NCBI GenBank assembly: GCA_963833425.1
Contig: CAWHXP010000006.1
Coordinates: forward strand, 1 to 64,000
Length of the DNA: 64,000 bases
DNA from: an uncultured Methanosarcinaceae archaeon
GTDB lineage: Archaea; Halobacteriota; Methanosarcinia; Methanosarcinales; Methanosarcinaceae
Direction: 5' to 3'
This document shows positions 34,216-45,796 of the stretch, one piece after another. Both the position numbers and the translations under genes were made by a program. A model generated the notes under the pieces. The model saw only the letters and a program-made list of their open reading frames with translations, had not been told where the DNA came from and made no database searches. Numbering within the stretch: position 1 is the first letter of the stretch; each line of letters opens with the position of its first letter.

Positions 34216-34631
34216 CCATTCTGTGCTCCAAACTCCATAAATATTTATAACTCTTCAAGGAACAGCTACCAAAAAATAAAATATCATGTTTTTAACTAGT
34301 GTCGGCTAAAAGTTGAAGAACAACAAAGTACTTTTGAACTATTACGAAGTATTCAAATCAAATGTCACAAATTACTCTTCATTTCTTTTAAAAGTGTTAA
34401 TCTGTCCTTCGAAAATAATTTGCCTTTGGGGGATATATATTTCTAAACAAAGCTGTATTACAGAGATTTTATGAGTCTTAAAAGTGAATTAGAATCCTCA
34501 AAACTAAACCAATCTGAATACTGCGTTTAACAACAGCTCTGGGAATCTATCAGCTTATATAATTAGCCGGCAGTTTATGCCTAGAAAATCCTCTAATTCG
34601 ATATACACGTGAAATAAGGGTGCATTTATAA

Positions 34632-35861
34632 ATGAAAGTTAATAGACCAAGAGGGACTCGGGATTTTTTACCTGAAGATACTGCTCGGAGAAAATATGTG
34701 GAAAACATTATGCGAAATATTGTCTACAACTGGGGATACAGTGAAATTATTACACCCACATTTGAATATCTTGATCTTTTTACTCTGAAGTCCGGGGAAG
34801 GAATTGAAGGAGAACTTTATAACTTCATGGACAAGGGTGGAAGGCCGATGACTTTAAGGCCGGAACTGACTGCTCCAGTCATGCGCCTGTATGTAAACGA
34901 ACTTCAATCATTTTCGAAACCTTTAAATCTATTTTATTTTGAGAACTGCTTCCGCTATGAGAGACCACAAAAAGGTCGTTTCAGGGAGTTCTGGCAGTTT
35001 GGAGTTGAACTTATTGGAAGCGGAAAATCAGATTCAGACGCTGAAGTTATCGCTCTTGCCGACGCCCTGATTAAAGCAATTGGAGTCACAGGCTACATAA
35101 AAATTGGGAACCTTGGAGTAATACGCACACTTTTAAGAGAACTTCAACCCGAAATAGTAAGCAAGATCATGCGACTTGTCGACAAAAAAGAATATGCAGG
35201 CCTGGAAGCACTGATTGAAGAAATTGGAGTAGAAGATCAATTGAAATTCAAACTTTTCAAGCTGATTAAGCTGGAAGGCAGGTACATCCTACCTCAGGTA
35301 AGGGAAATAATTGGGAATAACCCTGAGCTTGTGGCCTTTGAAAAGACCCTTAAACTCCTCGATGCATATGGAGTGGATTACTTTCTTGACTTCGGAATTG
35401 CGCGAGGGCTCGATTACTATACAGGTATGGTTTTTGAGGTCTATGCAGACGGGCTCGGCGCCCAAAAACAAATTTGTGGAGGAGGTTCTTACCAGCTCAT
35501 CCAACTTTTTGGAGGTGGAGACGTACCTTCGACTGGTTTTGGGATAGGCTTTGACAGAATAATGGAAATATGTCCTCTAGTAAATCCTGCATCTAAAAAA
35601 GTTGTGCTGCTATCAAAGCCTGAAACCCATCTAGAGGCCATAAAATTTGCAACTGAATTAAGGAAGTATCTGCCAGTCCACATAGATCTAATGGAACGCA
35701 ATTTCAAAACCCAACTTTCCTACGCAAATGCCATCAATGCCGATTACGCGATTATAGTCGGGGAGAAAGAACTTGCGGCAGAGAAGCTTACTCTAAAGGA
35801 CATGATATCCGGAAAACAGGAGCTTCTGACTTTGGATAAAATTATTGAGAAATTTTCATGA
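34632..35861 (+). CDS. hisS: Histidyl-tRNA synthetase
   Basis: [47 protein letters not shown]. Confidence 0.97.
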   Translation: MKVNRPRGTRDFLPEDTARRKYVENIMRNIVYNWGYSEIITPTFEYLDLFTLKSGEGIEGELYNFMDKGGRPMTLRPELTAPVMRLYVNELQSFSKPLNLFYFENCFRYERPQKGRFREFWQFGVELIGSGKSDSDAEVIALADALIKAIGVTGYIKIGNLGVIRTLLRELQPEIVSKIMRLVDKKEYAGLEALIEEIGVEDQLKFKLFKLIKLEGRYILPQVREIIGNNPELVAFEKTLKLLDAYGVDYFLDFGIARGLDYYTGMVFEVYADGLGAQKQICGGGSYQLIQLFGGGDVPSTGFGIGFDRIMEICPLVNPASKKVVLLSKPETHLEAIKFATELRKYLPVHIDLMERNFKTQLSYANAINADYAIIVGEKELAAEKLTLKDMISGKQELLTLDKIIEKFS

Positions 35862-36050
35862 AGCTAATATTATGTAGATGTAGACACATGGCGCCTACAC
35901 CCTTTCGCGAAAATGTGTGGAATCCATGTTTTACGAAAAGATTGTGATCCCAATCTTAAAATGTTAATAGAAGCATTATGATCTCTATCGAGAAGAAGAT
36001 CCACATATGTACAACTGTGCATTATTTTTGATAGATCTTTTTTAACTATT

Positions 36051-36202
36051 GGTTCCGTTGCAAAAAATCAGAACATTTTACAAAACCGTTGAAAAACAAT
36101 CACAATAAGGAGATTTGAGTGATCAAAATTGGGTTAAAATCGCATTTAAAGGAAAGAAATAATGGTCTCAAAGCACATAAAAATTATTTTTGCAACATAA
36201 CC
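36051..36202. mobile_element. 152-bp MITE with IS6-type ends
   Basis: GGTTCCGTTGCAAAAAA ... TTTTTGCAACATAACC. Colinear with 42174-42324. Confidence 0.8.
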
Positions 36203-37020
36203 AACATAAGTAACCCTTCTACTAATATAACTAGCACAAGTAGCTCTGATGATACTACTAATACAGGTCAAATAACAAAGTCAGCTGACTCGTATGTGAT
36301 CCAAAACACAAATAACGTTAATAATGAACACAGAGAAGTCGGTAAAAATGTACATACTCCTAGCCAAACTTTTAGCCCCGTTACTCCTAATCCCAATACA
36401 CCTAATTCCACAACTCCTAGTCCCATAATTCAAGTAGCTACGATAACAATCGTTAAGACTGTAAAAATAAACCCCGATATAAATATATATTTTCAGTATG
36501 CTCAACTAATATTCAAACATAATGATAAAATGAAACTCGGTAACACTACAACTGTAAAAGAATTTATCACCAAAAATACTTCTAAAGATTTTTATAAAAT
36601 ACTTGAAGATAATGCTTCCAGCGAAAAACTTCAGTCTAAGAATATTAAAGTAACAAAATTTATGAATGTCACATTAATAAAAAAAGATAAAGATTCCTTC
36701 ATAATCACTCCACTATCATGATGACGTCCAACTCGTATTAGGAGAACCACCAACTACGTAGCTATGGGATGTAGTACCACAGAAATCTGGAAACAAAATA
36801 CTTGTGCTAAATATTCGTTATACAATCCTTTTAGATTACGCTGGAAACATTCAATTGAAATATATGAGTTACCCAACAGAACAGAAGGAGTATGTAGAAG
36901 TAAAATCAGATCCCTAGTATATATTAAAGTCTAATTGGAAATAGACTGTAGGGACTATAGGTGCTGTAATATCAGGATCTTTTGGGCTCTATTTTCAGTG
37001 GAAGAAAAAAAATAATTAAA
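36203..37020 (+). pseudogene. Secreted or membrane-anchored protein, 5' end cut by the MITE
   Basis: T/S/P/N-rich linker, then F.ITPLS / DDVQLVLGEPPTT*LWDVVPQKSG, then a C-terminal hydrophobic segment and KKK. One frameshift and three TAG stops. Confidence 0.6.
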
Positions 37021-37932
37021 TAATTAAGCTGTTAAAAAAATATACTTTTGCATGGATAAAAATCCCCACCTAGCTAGTTTATTTGAAAGGCATGAAAAAC
37101 TTAACTTGAACTTGTCAGTGATTTATCCCATTTTTATATTTGCGATGATAATGTATGATATCCGCATTTGAAGCTTTGGGCACCCTACATTATAGTCCTG
37201 ACAATGATAAAACAGCTACTATCAAACTTATAGACATAAAAGTGAATTAGACTAAAAATAAACTGGTTCATTTAACTTAAATTAAGTATGCGTTTTTCTA
37301 TTCTTTTTATTATGTGAGTTAAAGTGGGTACGAATAATAAAATCATCTAGATAATTTGCGTTGAGAATATACATAGCTTTTTGTGACAAAACCTATGTAT
37401 TCTCATAGTTTCCAGCCGAAATTATAGGACGTTTTTATCTGATTATGCCGGAAATGTATAATTTTTATTAAGATATATGTAATGTTAAATAGCCGAAAAG
37501 TTGCTATATCCATATTCTTAGTGTTTTACAAGTACTTATCAGAGTAGAATCCATCATTTTCATATTTTTTTATATCCTAAAATTAATATTAACTAAATGA
37601 TAGAAAGCGACCAATTTTTCAGATCAATTATGAGCTACACGAACAGACAAAATGAGATTAATAGAATAATTCGCATATTTCTTCTTTTTTAAAAATATAG
37701 TAAAGTGTATAACTCACAAACTCTTTGATTCTATATTACTTGCAACAATTTTTATAAAGACAGAAATCTTCAAGTTATCAAAGTCCATTTATAAAATGCT
37801 TTCGATAGGTATTGATTTTTTAATCAAAAATAAATGAATGAATCAGAAGTTAATAAGATCGATGAATATCAATACCAAGATAGATCTTGTTATAATTTTT
37901 TTCAAATGATACTATATGGGAAAAGGAGAAAA

Positions 37933-38484
37933 ATGCATGATGAATAAAAAAAATCTTATTCGATAGCCTTAGTTTTAATAGCTTTGGTTTTTATGCTAGT
38001 GGGTATCACAGGTGCAGCGCCATTTGCATATATTCCAAACTTTGACAGCAACACCATCTCTGAATTAACACAACCACAAATACTGTTACAGCCACGGTGC
38101 CTGTAGGACTCAATCCTTCTGCCTTCGGGAAGTTTATAGGTAATATTCCAATGACTCCAGGTAATAATATGCCAATGACTCCTGCAATTACCTGGAGTAA
38201 CCCAGCCGACATATGTCAGAGAATGCCATTGAGCTATGATCAATTGGATGCATGGGCTGGTAAGACCTGGATTACCTGGCACTTACTACTATAACCCAGA
38301 CGTAGGCACTGTATTACGTGAAGGTAAATATCAGCCATTGAATGTTAATTTCGTACTAGCTGATAGTATAAACTACACTAACACATCAAAGACTGATTAT
38401 ATTAATGTAAACCAATGCCCAGAAAAACATGGATTCAACCACGAGTCGGAGTATAGCACATTTCTTCCCTTAAATTGGGGATAA
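37933..38484 (+). pseudogene. YVTN beta-propeller / Ig-like surface protein remnant
   Basis: Signal peptide ending GAAPFAYIPNFDSNTIS, one TTTNTVTATVPVGLNP repeat, then TPAITWSNPADI...GTYYYNP..GTVL. Several frameshifts. Confidence 0.8.
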
Positions 38485-38499
38485 AACTTCAATATAATC

Positions 38500-38614
38500 T
38501 GAAAAATAAGGAGTCAAACAACTCCTTTTTCTAATCTGTTACACTCATAGCCCGCAAAATTAGCTACGTATACTGCTGCAGGGACATCGGGGCAACCCAA
38601 CAATTAAGTCCAAG
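38500..38614 (-). repeat. ~110-bp element ending in a hairpin and T-run; inverted partner at 41897-41997
   Basis: Both copies share CTTGGACT..ATGTCCCTGCAG.AGTAT..TAGC.AA.TTTTGC.GGCT..TGTAA.AGATTAGAA.AAGGAGTT.TTTGACTCC. Confidence 0.75.
38508..38530. terminator. Hairpin with T-runs on both strands (possible bidirectional terminator)
   Basis: AAGGAGT-caaaca-ACTCCTT followed by TTT, just after the surface-protein stop. Confidence 0.5.
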
Positions 38615-38643
38615 TGATGCTAATACTAATTAGTTTAAGTTAG

Positions 38644-39496
38644 GGTTCCGTTGCAAAAATCTCAGAATAAGCACGTAAATATATGGATGATGAACAAAAA
38701 TCAAAATATCCGAGAAGAATGTATCAATATTACAGAACTATTCCAAATAATTGATTGGTATATTTAGCTTCATTAAGACCAGAGTAGTTTAAAGTCTTGA
38801 TTTGTCCTTTATTGATCATATTCATGGCTTCAATTCCTTTTAAAGTCTTATTAGCAGATCGAAAAGACTGAAATCCTAATATTGGATTAACGATTCGTTT
38901 GATAGATCTATGATCTTGTTCTATAATGTTATTCAAATACTTGATTTGTCTAATGCCTACGTTTTTAGGTAATATTTTATCATTTTTCAGTTCATCTATA
39001 GAAAGTGGATAAGCTGGATTCTTATCAACGGTTATTACTCCTGGAATTTGATTATGATTAGAACTCAAAACTTTCTTAAAGAATCTCTTCGCTGCTTTTC
39101 GATTTCGTTTTGCACTTAACATGAAATCAATTGTATCTCCATTTGAATCAACTGCTCGGTAAAAATATTTCCATTTACCTTTTACTTTGATATAGGTTTT
39201 ATCAACTCCACGAATCGTTTGTTGGTCTTAAATGTCTTCTTATCTTCTTTTCTATTTCAGGAAAATATTGATACACCCATCTTATTATAGTACTGTGATC
39301 AACTTGAATTCCTCTTTCTATCATCATTTCCTTTAAATTTCTATAGCTCAATGGGTATTTTAGGTGCCATCTTACGTTTAATAAGATAATTTCTCCTTCA
39401 TAATGCTTCCATTTAAAGGAATTAGATAGCATATTACTATCTTTGGTTTTCTTTTTAATCTATTTATCATTAGAAAGGATTTTTTGCAACGGAACC
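38644..39496 (-). mobile_element. IS6 family element (853 bp) with a frameshifted transposase
   Basis: IRs GGTTCCGTTGCAAAAA and TTTTTGCAACGGAACC. Paralog of 9102-9956. A 2-nt loss in the WRVDE codons splits the ORF into 39432-39202 and 39122-38730. Confidence 0.95.
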
Positions 39497-39636
39497 ATCA
39501 AAAGAGAATAAATTGAGTATTAACTTTGCAACACACAGAATAAAATAACATATAGTTATATAAATGTTAAAATATTTTCATATTAAATGAAAAAATTTCA
39601 GCGTAAGTCTTTATTGGAATTTATGGTGTTGGTTAA

Positions 39637-41409
39637 TTGATAGACCAGGTGGAAATTCACGATCAATGTCTAAGCGATGATCAAAGAAAGCGTATCAAGG
39701 CGTCAGAGCAATTAAAATCTAATTTTTCATTGTTGGCAGATAAGCAACAGGCTTGGAATGATTTAGTTAGACTGACCAATGATGAAGACAGTTGGATAAG
39801 ACATAAGGCTGCCAATGCTCTTGGTTTTGCGTTTTCTAAAGTCCCAGATAAACAACGGGCATGGGATGATTTACATAGACTGATCAATGATGAAGACAGT
39901 GATGTGAGATTTTATGCAGCCAAAGTTCTTGGTTCTGCGTTTTCTGACATCCCAGATAAACAACAAGCATGGAACGATTTACATAGACTGACCAATGATA
40001 AAAACAGTGATGTGAGATTTTATGCAGCCGATTCTCTTGGTTCTGCGTTTTCTCATGTGACAGATAAACAACAAGCATGGAACGATTTACATAGACTGAC
40101 CAATGATGAAGACAGTGATGTAGGGCGTCTGGCAGCTTACGTTCTCAGTTCTGTGTTTTCTCAAGTACCAGATCAACAACATGCGTGGGACGATTTACAT
40201 AGACTGATCAATGATAAAGACAGTGCTTTGATATCTTCTGCAGCTTCTGATTCTGGTTCTACATTTTCTAAAGTGCCAGATAAACAACAAGCATGTAACG
40301 AGTTACATAAACTGACCAATGATAAAGACAGAAATGTGATATTTCATGCAGCTGCCGCCCTTTGTTCTGCGTTTTCTTGCATACTAAATAAACAACAGGC
40401 ATGGAACGACTTACATAGATTGACCACTAATGAATACAAGGCTGTGAGATCTAGTGTAGCTGATGCTCTTGGTTCTGTGTTTTCTCATGTACCAGATAAA
40501 CAACAGGCATGGAACGATTTACATAAACTAACAAAGGATAAAGACAGATATGTAAGAACCTATGCTAAGTACTCTCTTGGGAGAGTTTCCATATTCAAAG
40601 CTTCCCAGGCAGAAAAAGATGAAGATTACAAAAAAGAATTAGCACAGGCAATTGAATTTTTTGAAAAAGTAGCACAAGATTCAACTGGAATAAGCTGTAA
40701 ACCGGCTCAATTTTACCTTCCTTTTTATCGCTCATTCTATACAATAATTTTCAAAAAACAGGACGAAGAAAAAGATGAAATAAATAAATATTTAGAAGAA
40801 GCTAAAGCTGCGATCGAAGGTTCAGAAAGTAAGGAACAACTTTTTGAAGCCGTTGAAAACCTTGCGAAAGCATTAAAAGAAGTCCAGAATTTGGGATCTC
40901 TGGACTTGCAGATGATGAAAGATGAGCTTAATTTCCATAGGCAGTATTTGGATAACGTAGCAGAACTAATGAACGATAATAGTGAAAGGGTACCATATGC
41001 TACAGAAGTTTTAAGAAAAGGGAAGTGGTTGCTGGACATAAATATAAACAAGCTTTTTGAAGAGATCCAAGAAAAAGCAAAGACAGCATGTAAGGTATCT
41101 GAAGGAACTGCTGCTGAAGAAATTTCTTGCGCTGTTATTAAAGAAATCCAAAAATGGGAAGTCGGCAGTAAGGAAGAAATGAAACAAAATATTGGAAATC
41201 TGATTGAGACTCTCAGGCTTAAAATACCACATTCAAAGGGTTATGAACACCTTTATATGGAAATTGAAGGGATACAAGACGAAAAGAACCTAGAAAAACA
41301 ATATATGAAAATTGCTCGACTTATTGGCTTAATACCAATGGTTAGCTCAATGTCCAATCATTCAGTACAAGATATTAAAGATATCAAAAAGCAACAATTC
41401 CAACCTTAG
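39637..41409 (+). CDS. HEAT-repeat protein (8 x 36 aa) with helical C-terminal region; 3' end probably frameshifted
   Basis: Repeat PDKQQAWNDLHRLTNDEDSxVRxxAAxxLGSAFSxV. Coding-like sequence continues in other frames to ~41700. Confidence 0.88.
   Translation: MIDQVEIHDQCLSDDQRKRIKASEQLKSNFSLLADKQQAWNDLVRLTNDEDSWIRHKAANALGFAFSKVPDKQRAWDDLHRLINDEDSDVRFYAAKVLGSAFSDIPDKQQAWNDLHRLTNDKNSDVRFYAADSLGSAFSHVTDKQQAWNDLHRLTNDEDSDVGRLAAYVLSSVFSQVPDQQHAWDDLHRLINDKDSALISSAASDSGSTFSKVPDKQQACNELHKLTNDKDRNVIFHAAAALCSAFSCILNKQQAWNDLHRLTTNEYKAVRSSVADALGSVFSHVPDKQQAWNDLHKLTKDKDRYVRTYAKYSLGRVSIFKASQAEKDEDYKKELAQAIEFFEKVAQDSTGISCKPAQFYLPFYRSFYTIIFKKQDEEKDEINKYLEEAKAAIEGSESKEQLFEAVENLAKALKEVQNLGSLDLQMMKDELNFHRQYLDNVAELMNDNSERVPYATEVLRKGKWLLDININKLFEEIQEKAKTACKVSEGTAAEEISCAVIKEIQKWEVGSKEEMKQNIGNLIETLRLKIPHSKGYEHLYMEIEGIQDEKNLEKQYMKIARLIGLIPMVSSMSNHSVQDIKDIKKQQFQP
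39736..40599 (+). repeat. Intragenic 108-bp tandem repeat, 8 units
   Basis: Recurring GATAAACAACAAGCATGGAACGATTTACATAGACTGACCAATGAT at a 108-bp period. Confidence 0.92.
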
Positions 41410-41896
41410 ACGAAGTGAAAGAATCAAGAGAATATATGGAACTGCAGGCCCCACAGCAATACTTTGATACTCTTCAACGATATTTGGAAGAGATTCAGAT
41501 TGATATCCCTGAAATGAAGGAAAAGATCGATAAAAGTACTCGATGAATTAGATTCTCCTTCTTTAAGTACAGAGTATAAACTGAAAATTGTTATTCCGAT
41601 GATTCCGTCACTTGTGTTTTATGAAACAGAAACAAATGTTCCAAAAAGTGTGGCTGATAAAATACATAAGTTAATGAATCAAATATCGAATAATCGATAA
41701 AAAGTTTTGAGTTTTAAAGGTCTATAAAGGCTTCGGCGGCTAAACAACTATCTCGAGCCTATTTAACTTGGAAACAACTCTAATTCCTTGAAGATTTCAC
41801 AGATTCGACAGGGTACGAATGTTCTATAAAGTCTCAATGGTTCTGTACCCTTTTTTTCTTTACCGCAATAAGCAGGATTTATTAACTTTCCTGATT

Positions 41897-41997
41897 CTTG
41901 GACTGCCTATGTCCCTGCAGTAGTATTCTTAGCAAACTTTTGCTGGCTTATGGATGTAAAAGATTAGAAGAAGGAGTTTTTTGACTCCGTACTTTTT
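41897..41997 (+). repeat. Second copy of the ~110-bp terminator-ended element
   Basis: Similar to the reverse complement of 38500-38614. Hairpin GGAGT-ttttg-ACTCC then ACTTTTT. Confidence 0.75.
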
Positions 41998-42173
41998 AAC
42001 TGTTTTTATGCGCTTTGGATACTTATTCCAAATAATACCTACTTATCTAACTTGATTGCTTTAAACATCAATTACAGTAATTTCTGCATCAATGGACCTT
42101 TTTTCCTTTGCCACTTAGATGCATGCATAGGTTTAATCACAAAAACTGTGCATAATGTAATTATACATATTCA

Positions 42174-42324
42174 GGTTCGGGTGCAAAAAAACTTGTTTAG
42201 TTACAAAATCAGTGCAAACCTTCACAATTAGTCAAGTCACTCTTGCTCATAAACGAGAAAAATGGTACATAAAGGTAAGAATTACAGTATCAAATTGTAG
42301 AAATATTGTTTTTGCAACAGAACC
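42174..42324. mobile_element. 151-bp MITE with IS6-type ends
   Basis: GGTTCGGGTGCAAAAAA ... TTTTTGCAACAGAACC. Shares internal TTACAAAA, TCACAAT and TAAAGG.AAGAA with 36051-36202. Confidence 0.75.
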
Positions 42325-42465
42325 GAAAAACGACCAATTTTTCAGATCAATTGTTATTGTCAAAATAATTATGGACTAATGAAAAAGTAAAATAAGGTTA
42401 ATCAAATATATCTAGCTCTTTTTTTTGTAACAAAATAAATTTCTAAGCAAAGTATATAATGCTTT
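42325..42465 (+). repeat. Diverged direct repeat of ~37602-37715
   Basis: Identical 22-mer CGACCAATTTTTCAGATCAATT in both, followed by weaker colinear similarity. Confidence 0.6.
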
Positions 42466-42676
42466 AACTATCTAGATATATTGTCAATGTATGGCGGTTT
42501 TTGAAGTGTCTATAGCATCTAACTTATACTGCGCTTTCAATAATTAACAACTTTCGTGGTTATAACCAAAAAGAGTTAATTTGATATCAAGAATTAGTGG
42601 TCCTACTGTTCAAAGAAGAAAATTGATAACTATTCTATACAGTAGAAAATATTCAAACTTTTTAATAATTAATTTT

Positions 42677-43810
42677 AGAGAATTTCGATAACCTCCATGC
42701 TCTTGAGCATGGTTGACTTTAAATTTGTCAATATTTATGTATATTCATGAAAACTTTTACTGATTTTGCTCTTAAAGAAGAGTATAAACGTCTTGAATCT
42801 GTTGGAGATAAGCTTGCTGAAATTGATTTCTTAATTGATTGGAAAACGTTTCGTATTATTCATGAGCCTATGTATATTAACAAACCCTTTTCAGGAGGGA
42901 GACCTGAAACTGATGTCATTGTGATGTTCAAAATGCTTGTTTTACAACAATGGCACAGGCTTTCTGATTTTGAACTTGAGAAACAGTGTATAGATTGAAT
43001 TTCTTTTAGAAAATTCCTTGGATTTCCGGAATACATACCTGACAGTACTACTGTATGGCTATTTAGGGATAGAATTATCGAGAATTTCCAAGAAAATATG
43101 GGTAAAGTTGCAAAGCCAACTTGCTGCTCTGGGTTTACAGATAAAGCAGGGAATTATTCAGGATGCTACTTTTATCCATTCAGATCCAGGACATGCAAAA
43201 GCAGAGAGATGAGGCAAAAACAAGAAGAAGCAGAGACGGTACTTGGACAAAGAAGGGAGGTAAGTCTCACTTTGGATATAAGTTTCATAATATAATAGAC
43301 AGAGATTATGAGCTGATCAGAAGATTCAAACAACAACTGCGTCAGTACATGATTCGTATGTAGATTTGACAGAGGAAAATGAAGTGGTTTATAGGATAGA
43401 GGATACTTTGGAGCAAAAACTAAAGGGTATAATGCAACATTGAAAAGAGCAGTCAAAGGACATACGCTGGGAATAAAGGATATATTAAGAAATAAGAGAA
43501 TTAGCTCAAAAAGAGTCAAAGGGGAAAGAGTTTATTCAGTAACGAAAGAAATTTTCAAAGCAGGAAGAGTTTTTGTTACTACTGTTAAAAGAGTAAATCT
43601 AAAAATGTTGTGTACGGCTTTTTGTTATAATCTCCATCAATTGAGGAAATTGAAAATAAAAAAAGTATATTGAAAATAGCGGAAGATATCTTTAAAATCA
43701 AAGAATTGAGAATAAGTAAAGCCAAAAAGAGGAATTAAAGAGAGAAATTGAGGGGAAGATATGAGAAATCCCTGCTAAGAAATAAAATCCGAAGTTTATC
43801 GAAATCCTCT
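42677..43810 (+). mobile_element. IS5 family element, transposase pseudogene (42747-43673)
   Basis: IRs AGAGAATTTCGATAAC and GTTTATCGAAATCCTCT. Motifs GGRP..D...MFKMLVLQQW..LSD.ELE, IQDATFI, KSHFGYK.H, DRGYFG, ERVY. Stop and frameshifts. Confidence 0.93.
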
Positions 43811-43959
43811 ATACTTTAAGCCACCTTCGCAATATAAAATTGAACTATTTCATGTAATTTATGTATATATAATTGAAATATCAAATAGCTTTTGTTTATT
43901 AAGTAATGGATAAAATTTATTTTAGACAATAGCTGTCTTTTATAGATATAACCCATCTA

Positions 43960-44520
43960 AACTTCTTCTTTTTTTGCTTTATTTTCCTGAGTTTATCGCC
44001 TTTTGCTTGTCCAGGGTCTGAATGGTTAAAACTAGCGTCTAGAATCTTTTCCATTTTTATTTCCAAACCAAGATAATTAAGCGGGCTTTGCAACTATTCC
44101 CATATTTCCTCTTCTTTACAGGAATCACTAATTCTTTTTCTGAATGATCAGATTGTGGACTACAGGGTATGCACTCAGAAACCAAGAAATTACCTGAAAA
44201 AAATCAATCAATACATTGTTTTTCAAGTTCAAAATCAAAAAGACCATGCCATTGTTTTAAAGAAAGCATTTTTATCATAATGATGAAGTCGGCTTCGAGC
44301 CTGCTAGGGAACTATTCTGTTTAAATATATGGAATAAAAATGATACTAATATATCTCCAATCAATTAAGGAATCAATTTCAGAAATTTTGTACCAAACAG
44401 ACTGAAAAAAGTTGCATTTTTCTTTAAGAACAAAACTAATAAGAGTTTTCATGAGTGAAAATTATTTTAAGACATTTAAATTCTCCAATACAAATGAATA
44501 GTAGTTTATCGAAATTCTCC
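43960..44520 (-). mobile_element. Older degenerate 5' half of a related IS5 element
   Basis: IR GTTTATCGAAATTCTCC at 44504-44520. Reads MKTLISFVLKEK...KISEIDSLIDW from 44452, with KQWHGLFDFELEKQC and LDASFNHSDPG further on. Confidence 0.8.
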
Positions 44521-44813
44521 TAATTATCTTGAAAAAGGTAAAGTCAAGGCTCGTATTCACATCAAAACATGAGTCGTAGTTGAATATTATTGGAAGCTTC
44601 TTCACAAAATGAATGGAAGCTTTCTAAAGTCAACATGAGTAAAATTAGTGGGAAATTGAAAAACAGAATTTTTCAATATATCTATTTATCAGTGAGGAAC
44701 CCGTACTATTTATGTGTAAAAATTAAGTTGAAGAATAAAATAATATCCAAAATGGAATTAAGTTATGAAGAATATGTAATTAATTTGAAATTGATACATT
44801 AGTTTAATTTTTG

Positions 44814-44845
44814 TAGTTTCGCTTCGCTCAAGGAAACTAATTTGA
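44814..44845. repeat. Short GCTTCGCTCAAG hairpin element
   Basis: TAGTTTC-gcttcgctcaag-GAAACTA. Resembles, from memory, an interspersed intergenic repeat of Methanosarcina genomes. A degenerate second unit lies at ~44875-44900. Confidence 0.45.
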
Positions 44846-44980
44846 AAATACTTGCACATTTTTCTTACGTATCGGTATTTTCTGTGCTCATGAAAACTGA
44901 AGTGAGTTAATCAGGAACATTGAATTTTTGACTCCGAAAGCTATATTGAGAGGTAAGTTAATTACAAAGACTTCAACATC

Positions 44981-45796
44981 TCATGTTCCAATTTTAACTT
45001 GATTCAAAATTTTTTTTAGGGTGGATACTGCAGAGAGAGCTGCAAGATAGCTGGTTTTAGGGTTTTCCGGGGAAGGAAGGTTTTCGACTCTTGTGAAAAA
45101 ATTGCCGAATTCTCCTTCTACAGTAATCTCATGCACGTTTCTGGCCAGGGCAGGGTCAACAACTATTCTCACTTTAGTTCGCTCAAAGCCTATACCTGCG
45201 AGGCTTATTGTTGCTGCCACGTTTACATTTGTCGGAAAGGCTTTGACAGCGTACGAAGCAGAGCCTTCAAAAATTACAGTTTCTGTTTTGATCTTTTCAA
45301 GTTCGATTCCCATATTTGCGATATATGGAGCCCCTGAGAGACCTGAAGGAGGTTTTTTGGTGGTCAGGGTAATTGATGAAATTCCAGCTGCTGAAGCAGA
45401 ATTTATACCGTCAATACCAACAACAGCACCAGAAGGAAAATAGAGCTTGCAGTTATTCTGTTTTGAAAGTCTAAAAAGTCTTTGTCTTAGTTTCTTGTCT
45501 ACCAAAGCACCTACACTCAGGACCATCACGTCACGCCCTGCTTCAAGAGCTTGGGGCACTATCGACCTGACAGCATCTTGCGAGGCACTTTCTATGACAA
45601 GGTCTACGCTACATAGCAGTTCTTCAATCTTCATATAAGCTGGACTGTATCTTTTCAGGGAAGCTATTAGTTTAAGAGCTTTAATCTCAGAAAAGTCAAA
45701 AAGAGCATGAAGCTCCACATCAACAGCCCCATTATCAATAGCCCTGCAAATCTGGCCACCAATAAATCCGCAACCTATAATTCCTATTTTCAGCAT
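44981..45796 (-). CDS. nadX: L-aspartate dehydrogenase
   Basis: GIIGCGFIG, PSGAVVGIDGI, FPTNVNVAAT, NVHEI, NPKTSYLAALS. Confidence 0.95.
   Translation of the reverse strand: MLKIGIIGCGFIGGQICRAIDNGAVDVELHALFDFSEIKALKLIASLKRYSPAYMKIEELLCSVDLVIESASQDAVRSIVPQALEAGRDVMVLSVGALVDKKLRQRLFRLSKQNNCKLYFPSGAVVGIDGINSASAAGISSITLTTKKPPSGLSGAPYIANMGIELEKIKTETVIFEGSASYAVKAFPTNVNVAATISLAGIGFERTKVRIVVDPALARNVHEITVEGEFGNFFTRVENLPSPENPKTSYLAALSAVSTLKKILNQVKIGT

Noticed and set aside
36119..36202. N-terminus of the 200-aa ORF as native protein sequence
   Set aside because: It is encoded by the MITE, not by the truncated gene.
27251..37020. In-frame TAG codons in TPR-CHAT, phoU and the membrane protein as pyrrolysine sites
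   Set aside because: They co-occur with frameshifts and TAA/TGA stops, and mostly fall where Gln or Trp is expected.
39736..40599. Constant/variable periodic repeat as a CRISPR array or DGR target
   Set aside because: The period is 108 bp and in frame within an ORF. No cas or reverse transcriptase gene is present, and variation is not obviously adenine-specific.
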